Counted from the whole stretch's first letter, positions 24,410 to 38,437 are shown. The stretch is 63,756 nt of DNA, filler included, from Chiloscyllium plagiosum (GCF_004010195.1; 4 parts of one record of this genome joined end to end with filler, not necessarily neighbours in it), one strand, 5' to 3'. Notes: generated by a model from the sequence alone, not told the origin. A program made the numbers and translations.

Positions 24410-27400
24410 GGGATTATGGACAGGTTAGCCTGCCTTCAGCCATAGGGAAAATCCTAGAACCCACTATAAAAGATTTGATAATGGAGCATTTGGGAAAGAG
24501 TGAATGGATTGATTAAAGTCAGCATGGATTTATGAAAGGGAAATGATGCTTGAGAAATCTATTGGAATTTTAAGCATGTTATGAGTAGAGTTAGTAAGCG
24601 GGAGTCAGTGGTGTGGTTTGATTGGACTTGTAGAAGGTTTTCAATAAGGCCCACAGAAGACATTAAGATGTAACATTAAAGTGAATGGGATTAAGGATAG
24701 TGTACAGACATGGATAAAGAACTGAATCGGAAAAAGAGTCTTAACAGACTCAAAGCATTAACTCTTGGCTCCACAGATGCAGCCAGACCTGCAGAGTTTC
24801 TCCAGCATTTTCTTTAGTAGAGTATTAGTTGGTGCATGAGAACCAAAGGGTAATGATAAACAGGTCCTTTTCCAAGCGGCTGTAGTGACTCGTAGGATAC
24901 TGCTGAGTTCAGTGCTTGGACCCCAGCTATTCGCAATATATATAAATGATTTAATGAGGGTACATCTGGGTTTGTAAACGACGCAAAGCGAGGTGTGGTG
25001 GGGGTGCAGCATGTGGAGAGGAGGGTGAACTGTAAAAAGAATACAGAAATGCTTAAGTATGATTTAGACAAGTTGAGTGAATGGGAATGCTTTGCAGATG
25101 AAGTTATAATGTGGATAAATGTGAGGTTGTTCACCTTCTGAGCAAAAATAGAAATGTCAGTTATCTGGCAATAAATTGGGAAATGGGGAAGTGCAACAAG
25201 ACCTGGGTGTCCTTGTGCACCAGTCACTGAAAATACGAATGCAGGTGCAAAAGGTGGTGAAGGAGACAAATGGTATGTTGGCCTTTGCAGAGAGAGGATT
25301 TGAGTACAGGAGCAGTGATGTAGTGATGCTGCAATTGTACAGGTATTGGTGAGACTACACTTGCAGTTTGGCCTCCTTATCTGAGGAAGGGGGGAGTACA
25401 GCGAGTTAGTACCAGACTGTAGCCAGGTTTGAGAGTCCCAAAGACTGTTGTCTGTCTGGTACCTGGGTTTAGGATATCTCATCTGAGTTGCAGAGGAACC
25501 TGGAATTGGAGAGGAAAGGTCCACATATGTGCCAACGCTATGGGGGAATATGATCATTCAGGAGCTAAATTGCAAAAAGGTAACAATATCCAGATTATTA
25601 CCTGAACCATGAGTTAATTGGCAAGGAGACAACAAAATTCAAGAGGTAAATGTGGCTGAAAGATTGGTATGGGCGACATGTGTTTGAATTCTTGGGACAT
25701 TGGTGCCTGAACTGGGAAGGAGCAAGCTATTTTGATGAAACTGGCTCCACCTGAAATGTGTTGGAACCAGAATGCTGGAAAATGAAGCGAGAGAAATAGT
25801 AATGGGGAAACAAAGGAATGGTGGAAGAACTAAATTATGGTACTTTGCATCAACCTTCATGGCGGAAGACACCAGTAGCAGACCAGAATTCAAAGTGGAC
25901 AGGGAGCAAGTGAATATAGTGACCATCATTTAAGGTGAAGATGCTGAGAAGGTTGAAAGGTCTGGCGAAATAGAAATCATTTGGACTGCACCAAGTTCTG
26001 AAGAGGATAGCTGAGGAATCATTAGAGTCAGGGAGAGCGTTAGAGGACTCTACAAAATCATGAAGGGTATACTGTAGACAGGGTAGATAGAGATGAGCTT
26101 TTTCCCCAGGGTGAGGGATTCAATAACAAACGGTCACACGTTCCAAGGTGAGAAGTGAAAAGTTTAAGGGGGATATACGTGGCAAGTACTTCACACACAG
26201 GTGGTACTTGCCTGGAATGCATTGCCAGCAGAGGTAGTAGAGGCAGGCACGGTAGATACGTTTAAGGTGCGACTGGACAGATGCATGAGTAGGTGGGGAG
26301 CAGAGACACTTGGGAATTGCGCAATAGGTTCAGAGAGTGGATTTGGATCAGCTCAGGCTTGGAGGGCTGAAGGGCCTGTTCCTGGGGTGTAAAGTTTCTT
26401 TGTTCTTTGACAAGAAAATGTAATGCCACTGTTTAAGAAGGCAATCAGGCAGAAGACAGGAATCTGTTGGCTGGTTAGCCTGACCTCAGTCCTTGGTAGG
26501 ATTTCCAGAGTCCGTCCATTAAGGATGAGGTTGTAAAGTCAACGTGGCTTCATCAAGGGGAGGTCATGCCTGAGAAATCTGTCAGACTTCTTTGAGGTGA
26601 TAATGAGCAAGTTAGATAAATGAGAGCCGATGAACATGACCTACTTGGATTTCCAGAAGGCCTTCGACTAGGTGCCACAGAGGGAGTTGCAAAATAAGAG
26701 TCTATGGTGTTAGAGGTAAAGTACTGGCGTGGATAGAGGATTGGCTGAGTTGCAGAAGGTGGAGAGTGGGGATTGAACTTTTTTTCCAGGATGGCAACCA
26801 GTGACTAGTGGGTCCACATGGGTTAAGTTTGGGACCACAACTATTCACGTTATGCATAAACGATCTAAATGAAGGAACTGAGGGCTTTGTTGCTAAGTTT
26901 GTGGATGACACAAAGATGGTTGGTGAGAGAGGTATTGTTGAGGAAGATGATGAAGTGCTTATGGCTGCAGAAGGACTTGGACAGGCCAGGAGATTGGGCA
27001 ATGAAGTGGCAGGTGGAATTTAATGTGGGAGAAAGTGTGGTTATGCACTTTGACAGGAAGAAGAGGTGTAGATCATTGTCTAAATGGGGAAAGACTTTGG
27101 AAATCTGAAGCATAAAGGTTCTAGGGAGTCCCAGTTCACATTAACATGTGCATTCATTTAGCAGTTAGGAAGTCTAATGCAATGTTCGCATTTATTTTGA
27201 GGGGGATGGAATGCAAGAACAGTACTACTGAGGCTGTATAAGGTTCTGTCAGACCAGAATATTGAGTTGTTTTTGGCCCTGTATCTAAGGAAGGATGTGT
27301 TGCTATTGGAGGTGTCCAGAAAGGGTTAACAAAACTGATCCTGGGAATGAAGGGCTTGTCATATGAGGAGCGGTTGAAGACTCTGGGTCTGTACTCGATG

Positions 27401-27935
27401 GGGTTTAGAAGAATGAGGAAGATCTGATTGAAACTTACAGGACACTTGCAGGCCTGGATAGAGTGGATGTAGAGATGATGATTCCACTAGTAGGAGAGAC
27501 TAGGACTCGAAGGCACAGCCACAAAGTGAAGGGATTCCTTCAGACCTGAAACAAAGTGGGATTCCTTCATTTGGAAATTGGTTAATCTGTGGAATTCATT
27601 GCCACAGAGGGCTGTGGAGGACAAGTCATTGTCTGTATTTAAGACAGGCTCTTGATATGTAAGAGGATCAAAGGTTACGGAGAGAAGGCAAGAGGATGGA
27701 GTTGAGAATGCAGTGATTGAATGGTAGGGCAGGCCCAATGGATTAAATGGCTTAATTCTGCCCTGTACTTTATGGTGCTGTGATTACTGGGATGACAGGA
27801 CTGATCTATGAAAAGAGACTGGGTTTCAAAAGAATGAGGGGGAATCATAAAAACCTATAAAATTCTAGCAGGACTGTACAGGATAAACGCAGACAGGATG
27901 TTCCTCATGACCATAGAGTCCAGAACCAGGGGTGA
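24410..27935 (+). mobile_element. Mosaic of old CR1 fragments
   Basis: Degenerate RT motifs (LGPQLFTLCINDL, KFVDDTK) and CR1 3' ends. Confidence 0.8.
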
Positions 27936-27959
27936 ATGGAAATTGGATCGGCCATTTCT

Positions 27960-30900
27960 TACTAAGATGAGCCCAGCAGGAGGTCATTGTATTCGTTGGA
28001 GCCAATGACATAGGAAGGGAAAAGCTTGTGATTCTGAAGGGAAAATATAGAGTTATGCAGGAATTTAAAAAGGAGGTCCTCGAGTAGAAATATCTGGATT
28101 ACTCCAGTGCTACAAGCTCGTGAGGGTAGGAATAGGAGGATAGAGTAGATGAATGCATGGCCGAGGAGCTGGTGTACGGGAGAAGGATTTACATTTTTGG
28201 ATCATTGGAATCTCTTTTGGGGTAGAAGTGACCTGTACAAGAAGGACAGATTGTACCTGAATTGGAAGGGAACTGATATACTGGCAGGGAAATTTGCTAG
28301 AGCTGCTCGGGAGAATTTACTGATAAATTAAACTGCATTTATTTCAATGCAAGAGGCCTAACAGGGAAGGCAGATGAACTCAGGGCATGGTTAGAAACAT
28401 GAGACTGGGATATCATAGCAATTACAGAAACATGGCTCAGGGATGGGCAGGACTAGCAGCTTAATGTTCCAGAATGCAAATGCTACACGAAGGACAGGAA
28501 AGGGAGGGAAGAGAGGAGGGGGAGTTGTGTTTTTGATAAGGGATAGCATTACAGCTGTGCTGAGGGAGGATATTCCCGGAAATACATCCTGGGAAGTTAT
28601 TTTAGTGGAACTGAGAAATAAGAAAGGGATGATCACCTTATTGGGATTGTATTATAGACCCCCTAGTAGTCAGAGGGAAATTGAGAAACAAATTTGTAAG
28701 GAGATCTGTTATCTGTAAGAATAATAGGGTGGTTATGGTAGGGGATTTTAACTTTCCAAACATCGACTGGGACTGCCATAGTGTTATGGGTTTAGATGGA
28801 GATGAATTTAAGTGTGTACTAGAAAATTTTCTGATCCAATATGTGGATGTACTGACTAGAGAAGGTGCAAAACTGACCTACTCTTGGGAAATAAGGCAGG
28901 GCAGGTGACTGAGGTGTCAGTGGGGGAGCACTTTGGGGCCAGCAACCATAATTCTGTTAGCTTTAAAGTAGTGATGGAAAAGGATGCACCAGATCTAAAA
29001 GTTGAAGTTCTAAAATGGAGAAAGGCCAATTTTGACGGTATTAGGTAAGAACTTTCAAAAGCTGATTGGGGGCAGATGTTCACAGGTAAAGGAATGGCTG
29101 GAAAATGGGATGCCTTCAGTAATGAGATAATGAGAATCCAGAGACAGTATCTTCCTGTTAGGGTGAAAGGAAAGGCTGGTAGGTATAGGGAGTGCTGGAT
29201 GACTAAAGAAATTGAGGGTTTGATCACGAAAAAGAAGGAAGCATATGTCAGGTATAGACAGGATAGATCAAGTGAATCCTTAGAGTATAAAAGAAGTAGG
29301 AGTATACTTGAGAGGAAAATCAGGAGAGCAAAAAGGGAACATGAGATAGCTTTGGCAAATAGAATTAAGGAGAAACCTAAGAACAAAAGGGTGACTGGTG
29401 AGAGAATAGGGCCCTTCAAAGATCACCAAGGCAGCCTTTGTGTGGAGCCGCAGGAGATGGGGCGATACTAAATGAGTATTTTGTGTCAGTGTTTTCTGTG
29501 AAAAAGGACATTGAAGATATAGAATGTAGGGAAATAGATGGTGCCATCTTGAAAAACGTACATATTACAGAGGAGGAATTGCTGGATGTCTTGAAAAGCA
29601 TAAAGGTGGATAAATCCCCAGGACCTGATCAGGTGTACCCTAGAACTCTGTGAGAAGCTAGAGAAGTGATTGCTGGGTCCCTTGTTGAGATATTTGAATC
29701 ACCGATAGTCACAGGTGATGTGCCAGAAGACTGGAGGTTGGCTAATGTGGTGTCATGATGTAAGAAGGGTGGGAAGGACAAGCCAGGGAACTATAGGCCA
29801 GTGAGCCTGACGTCGGTGGTAGGCAAGTTGTGGGAGGGAATCCTGAGGGACAGGATGTATTTGGAAAGGCAAGGACTGATTAGGGATAGTTAACATGGCT
29901 TTGTGCGTGGGAAATCATGTCTCTCAAACTTGAGGTTTTTGAAGAAGTTACAAAGAGGATTAATGAGGCAGAGAGGTAGATGTGATCTATATGGACTGCA
30001 GTATGGCGTTCAACAAGGTTTCCCATGGGAGACTGGTGAGCAAGGTTAGATCTCATGGAATACAGGGAGAACTAGCTATTTGGATACAGAACTGGCTCAA
30101 AGGTAGAAGACCGAGGGTGGTGTTGGAGGGTTGGTTTTCACACTGGAGGCCTATGACCAGTGGAGTGCCACAAGGATCAGTGCTGGGTCCACTGCTTTTC
30201 ATCACTTACATAAATGATTTTGATGTGAGCATAAGAGGTTTGGTTATTAAGGTAGTAGATGACACCAAAATAGGAGGTATAGTGGACAACGAAGAGGGTT
30301 ACCTCAGATTACAAAAGGATCTTGACCAGATGGGTCAATGGGCTGCAAAGTGGCAGATGGAGTTTAATTTAGATAAATGCGAAATGCTGCATTTTCGGAA
30401 ACTAAACCTGAGCAGGACTTAAACACTTAATGGTAACGTCCTAGAAAGTGTTGCTGAACCTTAGAGTGCAGGTTCATAGCTCCTTGAAAGTGGAGTTGCA
30501 GGTAGATAGGATCATGGAGAAGGCGTTTGGTATGCTCCCCTTTATTGGTCAGTTAAAAATCACAACACCAGGTTATAGTCCGACAGGTTTATTTGGAAGC
30601 ACTAGCTTTCAGAGCACTGCTCCTTCAACAGGCGGTTGTGGAGTATCCCCTGATGAAGAAGCAGCGCTCTGAAAGCTAGTGCTTCCAAATAAATCTGTTG
30701 GACTATAACCTGGTGTTGTGATTTTTAACTTTGTACACCCCAGTCCAGCACCAGCACCTCCACATCATTTATTGGTCAGAGTATTGAGTACAGGAGTTGG
30801 GAGGTCATGTTGCAGCTGTGCAGGATATTAGTTAGGCCACTTTTCAAATATTGCATGCAATTCTAGTCTCCTTCTGATCGGAAGGATATTGTGAAACCTG

Positions 30901-31378
30901 CTAGGGTTCAGAAAAGATTTACAAGGATGTTGCCAGGGTTGGAGGATTTGAGCTATAGGGAGAAGTTGAACAGGCTGGGGCTGTTTTCCCTGGACCATAT
31001 GAGGGGTGACCTTGTAGAGGTTTATAAAATCATGAAGGGCATGGATAGGATAAATAGACAAGGTCTTTTCCCTGGGATGGGGGAGTCCAGACTAGAGGCC
31101 ATAGGTTTAGAGTGAAAGGGAAAAGATATAAAACAGAACTAAGTGGCAACATTCTCACACGGAGGGTGGTGCATGTGTGGAATGGGCTGCCAGACAAAGT
31201 GGTGGAGGCTGGGACAATTACAGCATTTAAAAGGCATCTGGATGGGTACATGAATTGACGGGTTTAGAGGGATATGGGCTGGGTGCTGGCAGGTGCGACT
31301 AGGTTGGGTTGGGATATCTGGTCAACGTGGATGAGTTAGACTGAATGGTCTGTTTCTGTGCTGCACATCTCTATGACT
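27960..31378 (+). mobile_element. Long decayed CR1: ORF1 esterase tail, APE endonuclease, RT and 3' tail
   Basis: FLDHWNLFWGRSDLYKKDRL (ORF1), [38 protein letters not shown]; ends in ctctatgact. Confidence 0.93.
30553..30767. mobile_element. 215-bp fold-back element with two hammerhead-like motifs inserted into a CR1, 12-bp TSD
   Basis: TSD tttattggtcag at 30541-30552 and 30768-30779. CTGATGA...GAAAGCTA at 30650-30678 (+) and a degenerate copy on the minus strand. Confidence 0.85.
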
Positions 31379-31429
31379 GTAGGAGAAATGTTGTCACCCA
31401 GAGAGTAGTGAGCCCATAGAATTTTTTTT

Positions 31430-31730
31430 TTAGATTACTTAGTGTGGAAACAGGCCCTTCAGCCCAACAAGTCCACACCGACCCTCCGAAGAGCAACTCA
31501 CCCAGACCCATTCCCCTACATTTACCCCTGCACCTAACACGGGCAATTTCCCATGGCCAATTCACCTGACCTGCACATTTTTTGGACTGTGGGAGGAAAC
31601 CGGAGCACCTAGAGGAAACCCACGCAGACATGGGGAGAATGTGCAAACTCCACACACAGTTGCCTGAGGCAGGAATTGAACCCAGGTCTCTGGCGCTGTG
31701 AGGCAGCAGTGCTAACCACTGTGCTGCCCA
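31430..31730 (-). mobile_element. V-SINE (HE1-like)
   Basis: Reverse complement of tRNA head and V domain. Confidence 0.88.
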
Positions 31731-32394
31731 GAATTCTTTGACACTGAAAGCATTGAGGTGAAAACATTGAATGTTTTAAAGAAGGAGTTAAATCTAAGTA
31801 AGGCTAAAGGGACCAACAGGTTGCTGAGCTGGATGGTCATCCGTGATCGTATTCAATGGCAGAGCAGTCAGAAGAGGCTGAATGGCCTCCTCGTGCCCCT
31901 AATTCTTACATTCTTATTTATTAGTTGTCAATGCTTTCTGTGATTCCTTTTGTCCTGTGCCTGCAGGCTCTGCTGATAGAATTGTGGAAATTTCATGGCA
32001 CAGAAAGAGATCACTTTGCCCATCAAACCATCCAACCCTAATTCCACTTCCCAATGTAGTTGGGCCGGTTCCACTTTTCACATAAGTTGAGGTTTCTGTC
32101 TTTGCCAACCTTGCAAGCATTGAGCTTCAGAGCACTACCAATAGCAGGGTGAGAAAATAATTTCTTTCAACAGAAGTCTTTCAACATCTCAAACAAATCT
32201 CCCTTCGGCCCACTCTTTTCTAAGGAGAACAACCCAGACTATCCAATGTTATAATTTTCCCCAGTATCATAAATCTTCACTGTCTCATCCTTCCTGTGAT
32301 CAGGTGACCTGGATCTTTGGGACAAATGTCTTAGTGTTTGCCACCCAAAAGTGTGCTTGTGTTCTAACCTGGCTCCCTCTTTGAATTGTAGACA

Positions 32395-32458
32395 ATGGCA
32401 AACAGAGTGCTGGAGGATGAGTTTGTGCGAAACTTAGCAAAGCTGCTCCGAAACCACG
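32395..32458 (+). CDS. STK11IP: STK11IP first coding exon (MANRVLEDEFVRNLAKLLRNH-G)
   Basis: ttgtag acceptor ending at 32391, acaATGg start, g|gtaagt donor in phase 1. Resembles human ...LWKLAGLLRESG. Confidence 0.85.
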
Positions 32459-35189
32459 GTAAGTCAGATGGAGAAACTTCTTCCTGTGGTGCGGGACAGT
32501 GGGAGGCTCTGGGACAAAGCGGCAACACCTTTAAAATTGAGCCAGGCCGTTGAGGAGTGAAACACTTGATGTCAGGTAGATGACTGAACACTTGGAAAAA
32601 CCAGTGTCTGCAGTTTCACAAAGGTCAGGTCGTGGATGACAAAGTTGCTGGAGTTCTTTTGAGGATGTAACTAGCGAGATGGATAATGGGGATCCAGTAG
32701 ATGTGGTATATTTGGACTTTCAGAAGGCGTTTGACAAGGTGCTGCATAATACTCTGATCTAAACTGTTAGATCCCAGAGGGTTAAGGGTAGAGTATTGGC
32801 TTGGATAGAGGATTGCCAAAGTCAGGATAAATAGGTCCTTCTCTGGATGGCGAGCTGTAACTATCAAACTGCTGCAGGTTTCAAATTTTGGACCACAGCT
32901 ATTTACAATCTGTGCTGGAGATCATAGCAGGTTAGGCAGCATCCATGGAGAGAGCAAGCTAACGTTTTGATTCTCGATGACTCTTTATCAGAGCTTTACA
33001 AGATGCATCTAGACTCAACATTAGCTTGCTGTCTGTCCGTGGATGCTGCCTGACCTACAAGCAGGGATAGTGTAACAGAGCAAATTCACAGCTGATACTA
33101 AACTAGGTGGGAAAGCAGGTGATGATGAGATAGAGAGTTGACAAATGGATCTTGATGTAGGTATGCTCGCTGAGCTGTAAAGTTCGTTTTCAGAAGTTTC
33201 GTCTCCCATACAAGATAACATCAGTGAGCCTCTGGATGAAGCACTGGCATGGCTCACTTTCTATTTGTGTTTAGGTTTCCTTAGGTTGATGATGTCATAT
33301 CCTGTGGTAATGTCATTTCCAGTTCTTTTTCTCAGAATGTGGTGAATGGAATCCAGGTCAATGTGTTTATGGATCTTGATAGACAAGCAGAATGGTCCAG
33401 AGTCTGGCAGATAGAGTTTAATGTGGATAGGTGCAGCAGGCCAGACAGCATCAGAGGAGCAGGAGAATCGACATTTCGGGCATAAGCCCTTCTTCCTGCT
33501 TATGCCCAAAACGTTGATACTCCTGCTCCTCGGATGCTGCCTGGACTGCTGCACTTTTCCAGCACCACACTTTTCAACTCTGGTCTTCAGCATCTGCAGT
33601 CCTCACTGTCTCCTAATATGGATAGGTGCCAGGTTGTCAATTTTGGCTGGAAAAATAAAAGGGCAAATTGTTATTTAAATGGGAAGCGGATTGAAAGTGT
33701 GTCAGTGCAGAGGGATCTGGGNNNNNNNNNNNNNNNNNNNNNNNNNNNNNNNNNNNNNNNNNNNNNNNNNNNNNNNNNNNNNNNNNNNNNNNNNNNNNNN
33801 NNNNNNNNNNNNNNNNNNNNNNNNNNNNNNNNNNNNNNNNNNNNNNNNNNNNNNNNNNNNNNNNNNNNNNNNNNNNNNNNNNNNNNNNNNNNNNNNNNNN
33901 NNNNNNNNNNNNNNNNNNNNNNNNNNNNNNNNNNNNNNNNNNNNNNNNNNNNNNNNNNNNNNNNNNNNNNNNNNNNNNNNNNNNNNNNNNNNNNNNNNNN
34001 NNNNNNNNNNNNNNNNNNNNNNNNNNNNNNNNNNNNNNNNNNNNNNNNNNNNNNNNNNNNNNNNNNNNNNNNNNNNNNNNNNNNNNNNNNNNNNNNNNNN
34101 NNNNNNNNNNNNNNNNNNNNNNNNNNNNNNNNNNNNNNNNNNNNNNNNNNNNNNNNNNNNNNNNNNNNNNNNNNNNNNNNNNNNNNNNNNNNNNNNNNNN
34201 NNNNNNNNNNNNNNNNNNNNNACTGACCAGGTTCCTGCACTTAAGAGCTATAAATAAGTACGGTCTAATCACAAGTAAAGTATCAACATATGGCTCTACT
34301 AGTTAAAAACCTAACCGTTTTTAAAGTGCCTCCACATATACAAGAAATATCATTTTATGGATGGAGGAGCTTGAAAACCCAGGGGACACAGTCCAATAGC
34401 ACCGGTCCATTCAGGGCTCATTGAGACGTTCCCTTTGCTTACCAATACTGTGTTCTTTAGTCATCTTTCTCCAGATTCATAGAATCATTGAATCCCTACA
34501 GGGATTCTTTGTCATCTTTCTCCAGGCTCTTTCACTTTAATGTAGGAAGCAATTGATACATAGACTACAACGTTCTTAGTTACTGGTGAAAGGCTGCAGC
34601 TTATCACACCTAATGGGAGAAAATATCTGGCTGTCTTCAGGTATTTTTACTGCAGGGAGTGTGAGCGCAAGAAGCACCACCTACCCTACCTGAGTCATTC
34701 ACAAGCCATTTAGCTGCCCTGGAATCAATTAGGGAATTGTTGTTGGGCTGATGACCTTTGACATCTGCGACTAAGCACAATTGCACAAGCCATTCAGCTA
34801 CCGATTGCTGGCCAAATCATGCTCTGCACTCCTACCCAGATGCCACAAGGCCATGGTTCACGTTCTCCAGAGGTGTGTCATATCATCTCTAAACTGGTTG
34901 ATTAGGGATATCTAAAACAAAACATCCCCTACCGTTTGCACAAACGAGCAGCGTTAAATGCCAAACAGAGTTTGGTAACTTGTTTTTAAAAGGGCAGCAA
35001 TTACTTTCATAGTCCTAAAAATTTTAAATGGTCCTTTTTCCATTTTAGTCCATCCCTGAAAATAAAATGATACTGTCCCCCTACAGACTGAAGTTGTTCA
35101 AGGTATTATGAAAATGTTAGTCTCCTTTTTTCCCCCCCCACCACAGGTCAGAGTTCCTTCAATAAAGGTGTTGTTTACTTCAGTGGATG

Positions 35190-35997
35190 AGATTGAAGCT
35201 GCCCTCCAACGCATCTCGTCCACATCCCGCACCTCTGCCCTCAGACCCTATCCCTCCAACCGTAACAAGGACAGAACGCCCCTGGTGCTCACCTTCCACC
35301 CTAGCAACCTTCGCATAAACCAAATCATCCGCTGACATTTCCGCCACCTCCAAATAGACACCACCACCAGGGATATATTTCCCTCCCCACCCCTTTCCGC
35401 CTTCCGCAAAGACCGTTCCGTCCGTGACTACCTGGTCAGGTCCACGCGCCCCTACAACCCACCCTCCCATCCTGGCACTTTCCCCTGCCACCGCAGGAAC
35501 TGTAAAACCTGCGCCCACACCTCCTCCCTCACCTCTATCCAAGGCCCTAAAGGAGCCTTCCACATCCATCAAAGTTTTACCTGCACATCCACTAATATCA
35601 TTTATTGTATACGTTGCTCCCGANNNNNNNNNNNNNNNNNNNNNNNNNNNNNNNNNNNNNNNNNNNNNNNNNNNNNNNNNNNNNNNNNNNNNNNNNNNNN
35701 NNNNNNNNNNNNNNNNNNNNNNNNNNNNNNNNNNNNNNNNNNNNNNNNNNNNNNNNNNNNNNNNNNNNNNNNNNNNNNNNNNNNNNNNNNNNNNNNNNNT
35801 GTTACTTTCTCCCCACCCCCACCCTCCTCTAGCTTATCTCTCCACGCTTCAGGCTCACTGCCTTTATTCCTGATGAAGGGCATTTGCCCGAAATGTCAAT
35901 TTCGAAGCTCCTTGGATGCTGCCTGAACTGCTGTGCTCTTCCAGCACCACTAATCCAGAATCTGGTTTCCAGCATCTGCAGTCATTGTTTTTACCTC
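35190..35997 (+). mobile_element. Penelope-like element 3' half (Neptune-type) ending in a terminal repeat with a hammerhead motif at 35870-35897
   Basis: PLVLTFHP...GTFPCHRRNCKTC...FTCTSTNIIYCIRCS, then CTGATGA-agggcatttgccc-GAAATGTC. Confidence 0.85.
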
Positions 35998-36014
35998 AGT
36001 TATCAAAAGTCAGG

Positions 36015-36575
36015 CATTTGCATAAGACCTTGCATCACTTCAGGATCTCTCAATGCAATTAATAGCCAATGAAATGTTTTTAAAATGTTACTGTTGTAAC
36101 ATTGGAAATGAAGCCATCTTTCACCTAGCAAACTCCTACAAATAACAACTAGATTATTTTGATTGTGATGTTGGTCAAGAGATGAATATTGACTCAGGAC
36201 AGTGGAAAATAAGGCTCAGTTCTGAAAAATAATCATTGGTTTGGGGGCATTGACCCTGTTTTTCTCTCCAAAAATGCTGTCAGACCTTCTGAGTTTCTCC
36301 AACCCTTTGTTTTAATTTCAGATTTCCAGCATCCACTGTATTTTGCTTTTATTTTAATAAACCAAAGCCCCTTTTGAAATTGGGATCTTTTTCTTTCACT
36401 TGATGGAGACAGACAGGGTTTTGGTTGAGCATCCTATCGAAAAGGCAGCACCTCTGAATGCAGCAGGCCCCCCGTCCTGCACTGGGAAGTCAGCTCGGAT
36501 TGTGTTAGCAAGTTTCTGGAGCAGACTCAAGTGGCTAATTCTGACTCTGAGGAGTGAGTGCTCATAATAGAGCCA
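36015..36575 (-). mobile_element. DeuSINE-like element (SacSINE1-like), interrupted by a PLE-type fragment
   Basis: Minus strand contains tgtcctgagtcaatattcatctcttgaccaacatcac and aaaagatccc, resembling the Deu domain as recalled. Confidence 0.5.
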
Positions 36576-37334
36576 CAGTAGACTTGAATTGTATGCCAAA
36601 TGCAACTCACTAGTAGGTCATTCAGTCTGTTATGCTTGTGCTGGCTCTGGGAGACTCTGCAATTAACCCCACTCTGCATGCTCTTTCTGTATAGCCTTGC
36701 AACATTTCCAACCCCTTCTGGTGTTTGTCTATTTTGAAGGTAATTCCTACAGCTGCTTGCATCACCCGTTCGAGTAGAATGTTCCAAGTTGTAACTGAGT
36801 AATTATGTTTAAAAACATTTTCTCGTGTCTCCTCTGGTTTTTCAGAAATGTAGTGCTCAGAAAATGAATAGAAGGGGTGCGATTGCCAGAACCAGGAAGC
36901 TTTGTTTCAGGATAAGTAGTTGGCCAATTAAGGCAGAGATTAAATCTTTCATCACTGAGAGTTAAGAATCTTTAGAAATCTGCGTCCCAGAAAACAGTGA
37001 ACACTATTATTGAGTATAATCGCAACCTTAAATTAACAGATCTTCGGAATCTGAGGAAATTATGAATGTGTAATTGGTGAGGGAAGGTAGAGTAGTTCCA
37101 GATGATAACTGGTTTTTGCAGAATGTGAAGAATACTCAATGTCCGTGTGGCCAGCTTTGGTTTCTGTCTCATTCCTCCTTGGATTAAGGATCAGGAACAT
37201 TTTGTCCAGCCCACTTGATGCAGCAGTATGTTCCTCACAGGAGTTGAGGGGTCCCTATCTTGGTTCATGAGGGTATCCCACTTACCAGCAGCTTTGTTAC
37301 ATATGTGAATGTGTCTCTGGTGCCCTTTGTCCAG

Positions 37335-37537
37335 GTGACTCTGTACTGAATGGGACAAGTACTCTGTCGCTGTTAACTGTTGGCCTCCAGCTCCTCCACA
37401 ATCTCTTTGAGCAGCACCTCCTGCCACGCAAGTACCAGCATGGGTTCATCGCACTGCCCTCCCACCCTTCTGATACTGTCTCCGTCCTTGAGGTGCAGTT
37501 CCTTTTCGATGTTCTACAGAAAACCGTCTCGCTGAAG
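37335..37537 (+). CDS. STK11IP: STK11IP coding exon 2 (DSVLNGTSTLSLLTVGLQLLHNLFEQHL...GFIALPSHPSDTVSVLEVQFLFDVLQKTVSLK)
   Basis: 203 nt, tttgtccag acceptor, gttggt donor. Matches recalled human GDVVLSGCSTLSLLT...GFVALPSHP...QFLFDVLQKTLSLK. Confidence 0.92.
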
Positions 37538-38362
37538 GTTGGTGAAACTTTGCACGTTTTATTTTCTGTATGCTCATGGATTTTAAGACTGTGGCTTGAA
37601 TTTTCATTGATGACATCATTGATCATGTTTTCTTCCCGCTCGGAAAAGTCTTTCTGATCTTCTTAGATTGTATACAGAAGCTTTTGTAAAGTTTATTTTC
37701 ATCGAGATAGCAAAACTTTCTCTATGCTGTCCCTATCAAACACTTCCATGGACAGCATGGGCTTAGATGCTGAGGAAAGCTCTCTCTATGCTACACTAAT
37801 CCCACCCCCCCCATCAAACACTCCCGGACAGGAACAGTCCAGGGTTAAATAAAGAGGAAAGCTCCCTTTACACTATTGTGTTTTAGAATCCTGACGTCAG
37901 AAAGCTCTCCAAGTGTTTCCAATAACTGGGTTTCTGCTCTCTTGTGTTATCTGGTGCAGAATCTAGAATACAGTCCAGGCACTAGGGGGGCAAGCAAGTG
38001 AAATGGTAGCACCTCTGTCATTTGGCAGCTATTTCTATGAATGGAACAGTGAAAAATTATTTTACCTGCATTTGTGGAACATTACAGTAACTTCAATTTT
38101 TTTAAAAGTCTTTCCTTGGCATTATCAGACCGATTTGGCCCGTGGGGGGGCGAGAGACTGATGTACACATTTGTGGGAGGGTGTTAGGAAGACAGGGACG
38201 TGGGTGAGCACATACGTGCATCAATGGTGGGAGCTCTGGGAGGATGTTTGCACACACTTGTTTTTGAGTGAGGCGAGAACAGTCAGTCTGTGTTGAGCAA
38301 TGGGCTATATGTGCATCTTTTCTTCCTCAATCTCTGTAAAAATACTATCTTTTCTCTTCCAG

Positions 38363-38437
38363 TTGGTACATCCCCCGGGTCCCAAACTTCAGACACCTGT
38401 GAAGATCATGGCTTTTAAATCTCTCCGATTTTTAGAG
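38363..38437 (+). CDS. STK11IP: STK11IP coding exon 3 (LVHPPGPKLQTPVKIMAFKSLRFLE); gene truncated by the linker
   Basis: 75 nt, cttccag acceptor, gtatgt donor. Human is LVHVAGPGPTGPIKIFPFKSLRHLE. Confidence 0.9.

Noticed and set aside
27960..31378. Active or domesticated reverse transcriptase
   Set aside because: Multiple stops, frameshifts and an insertion. No intact ORF2 exists anywhere in the window.
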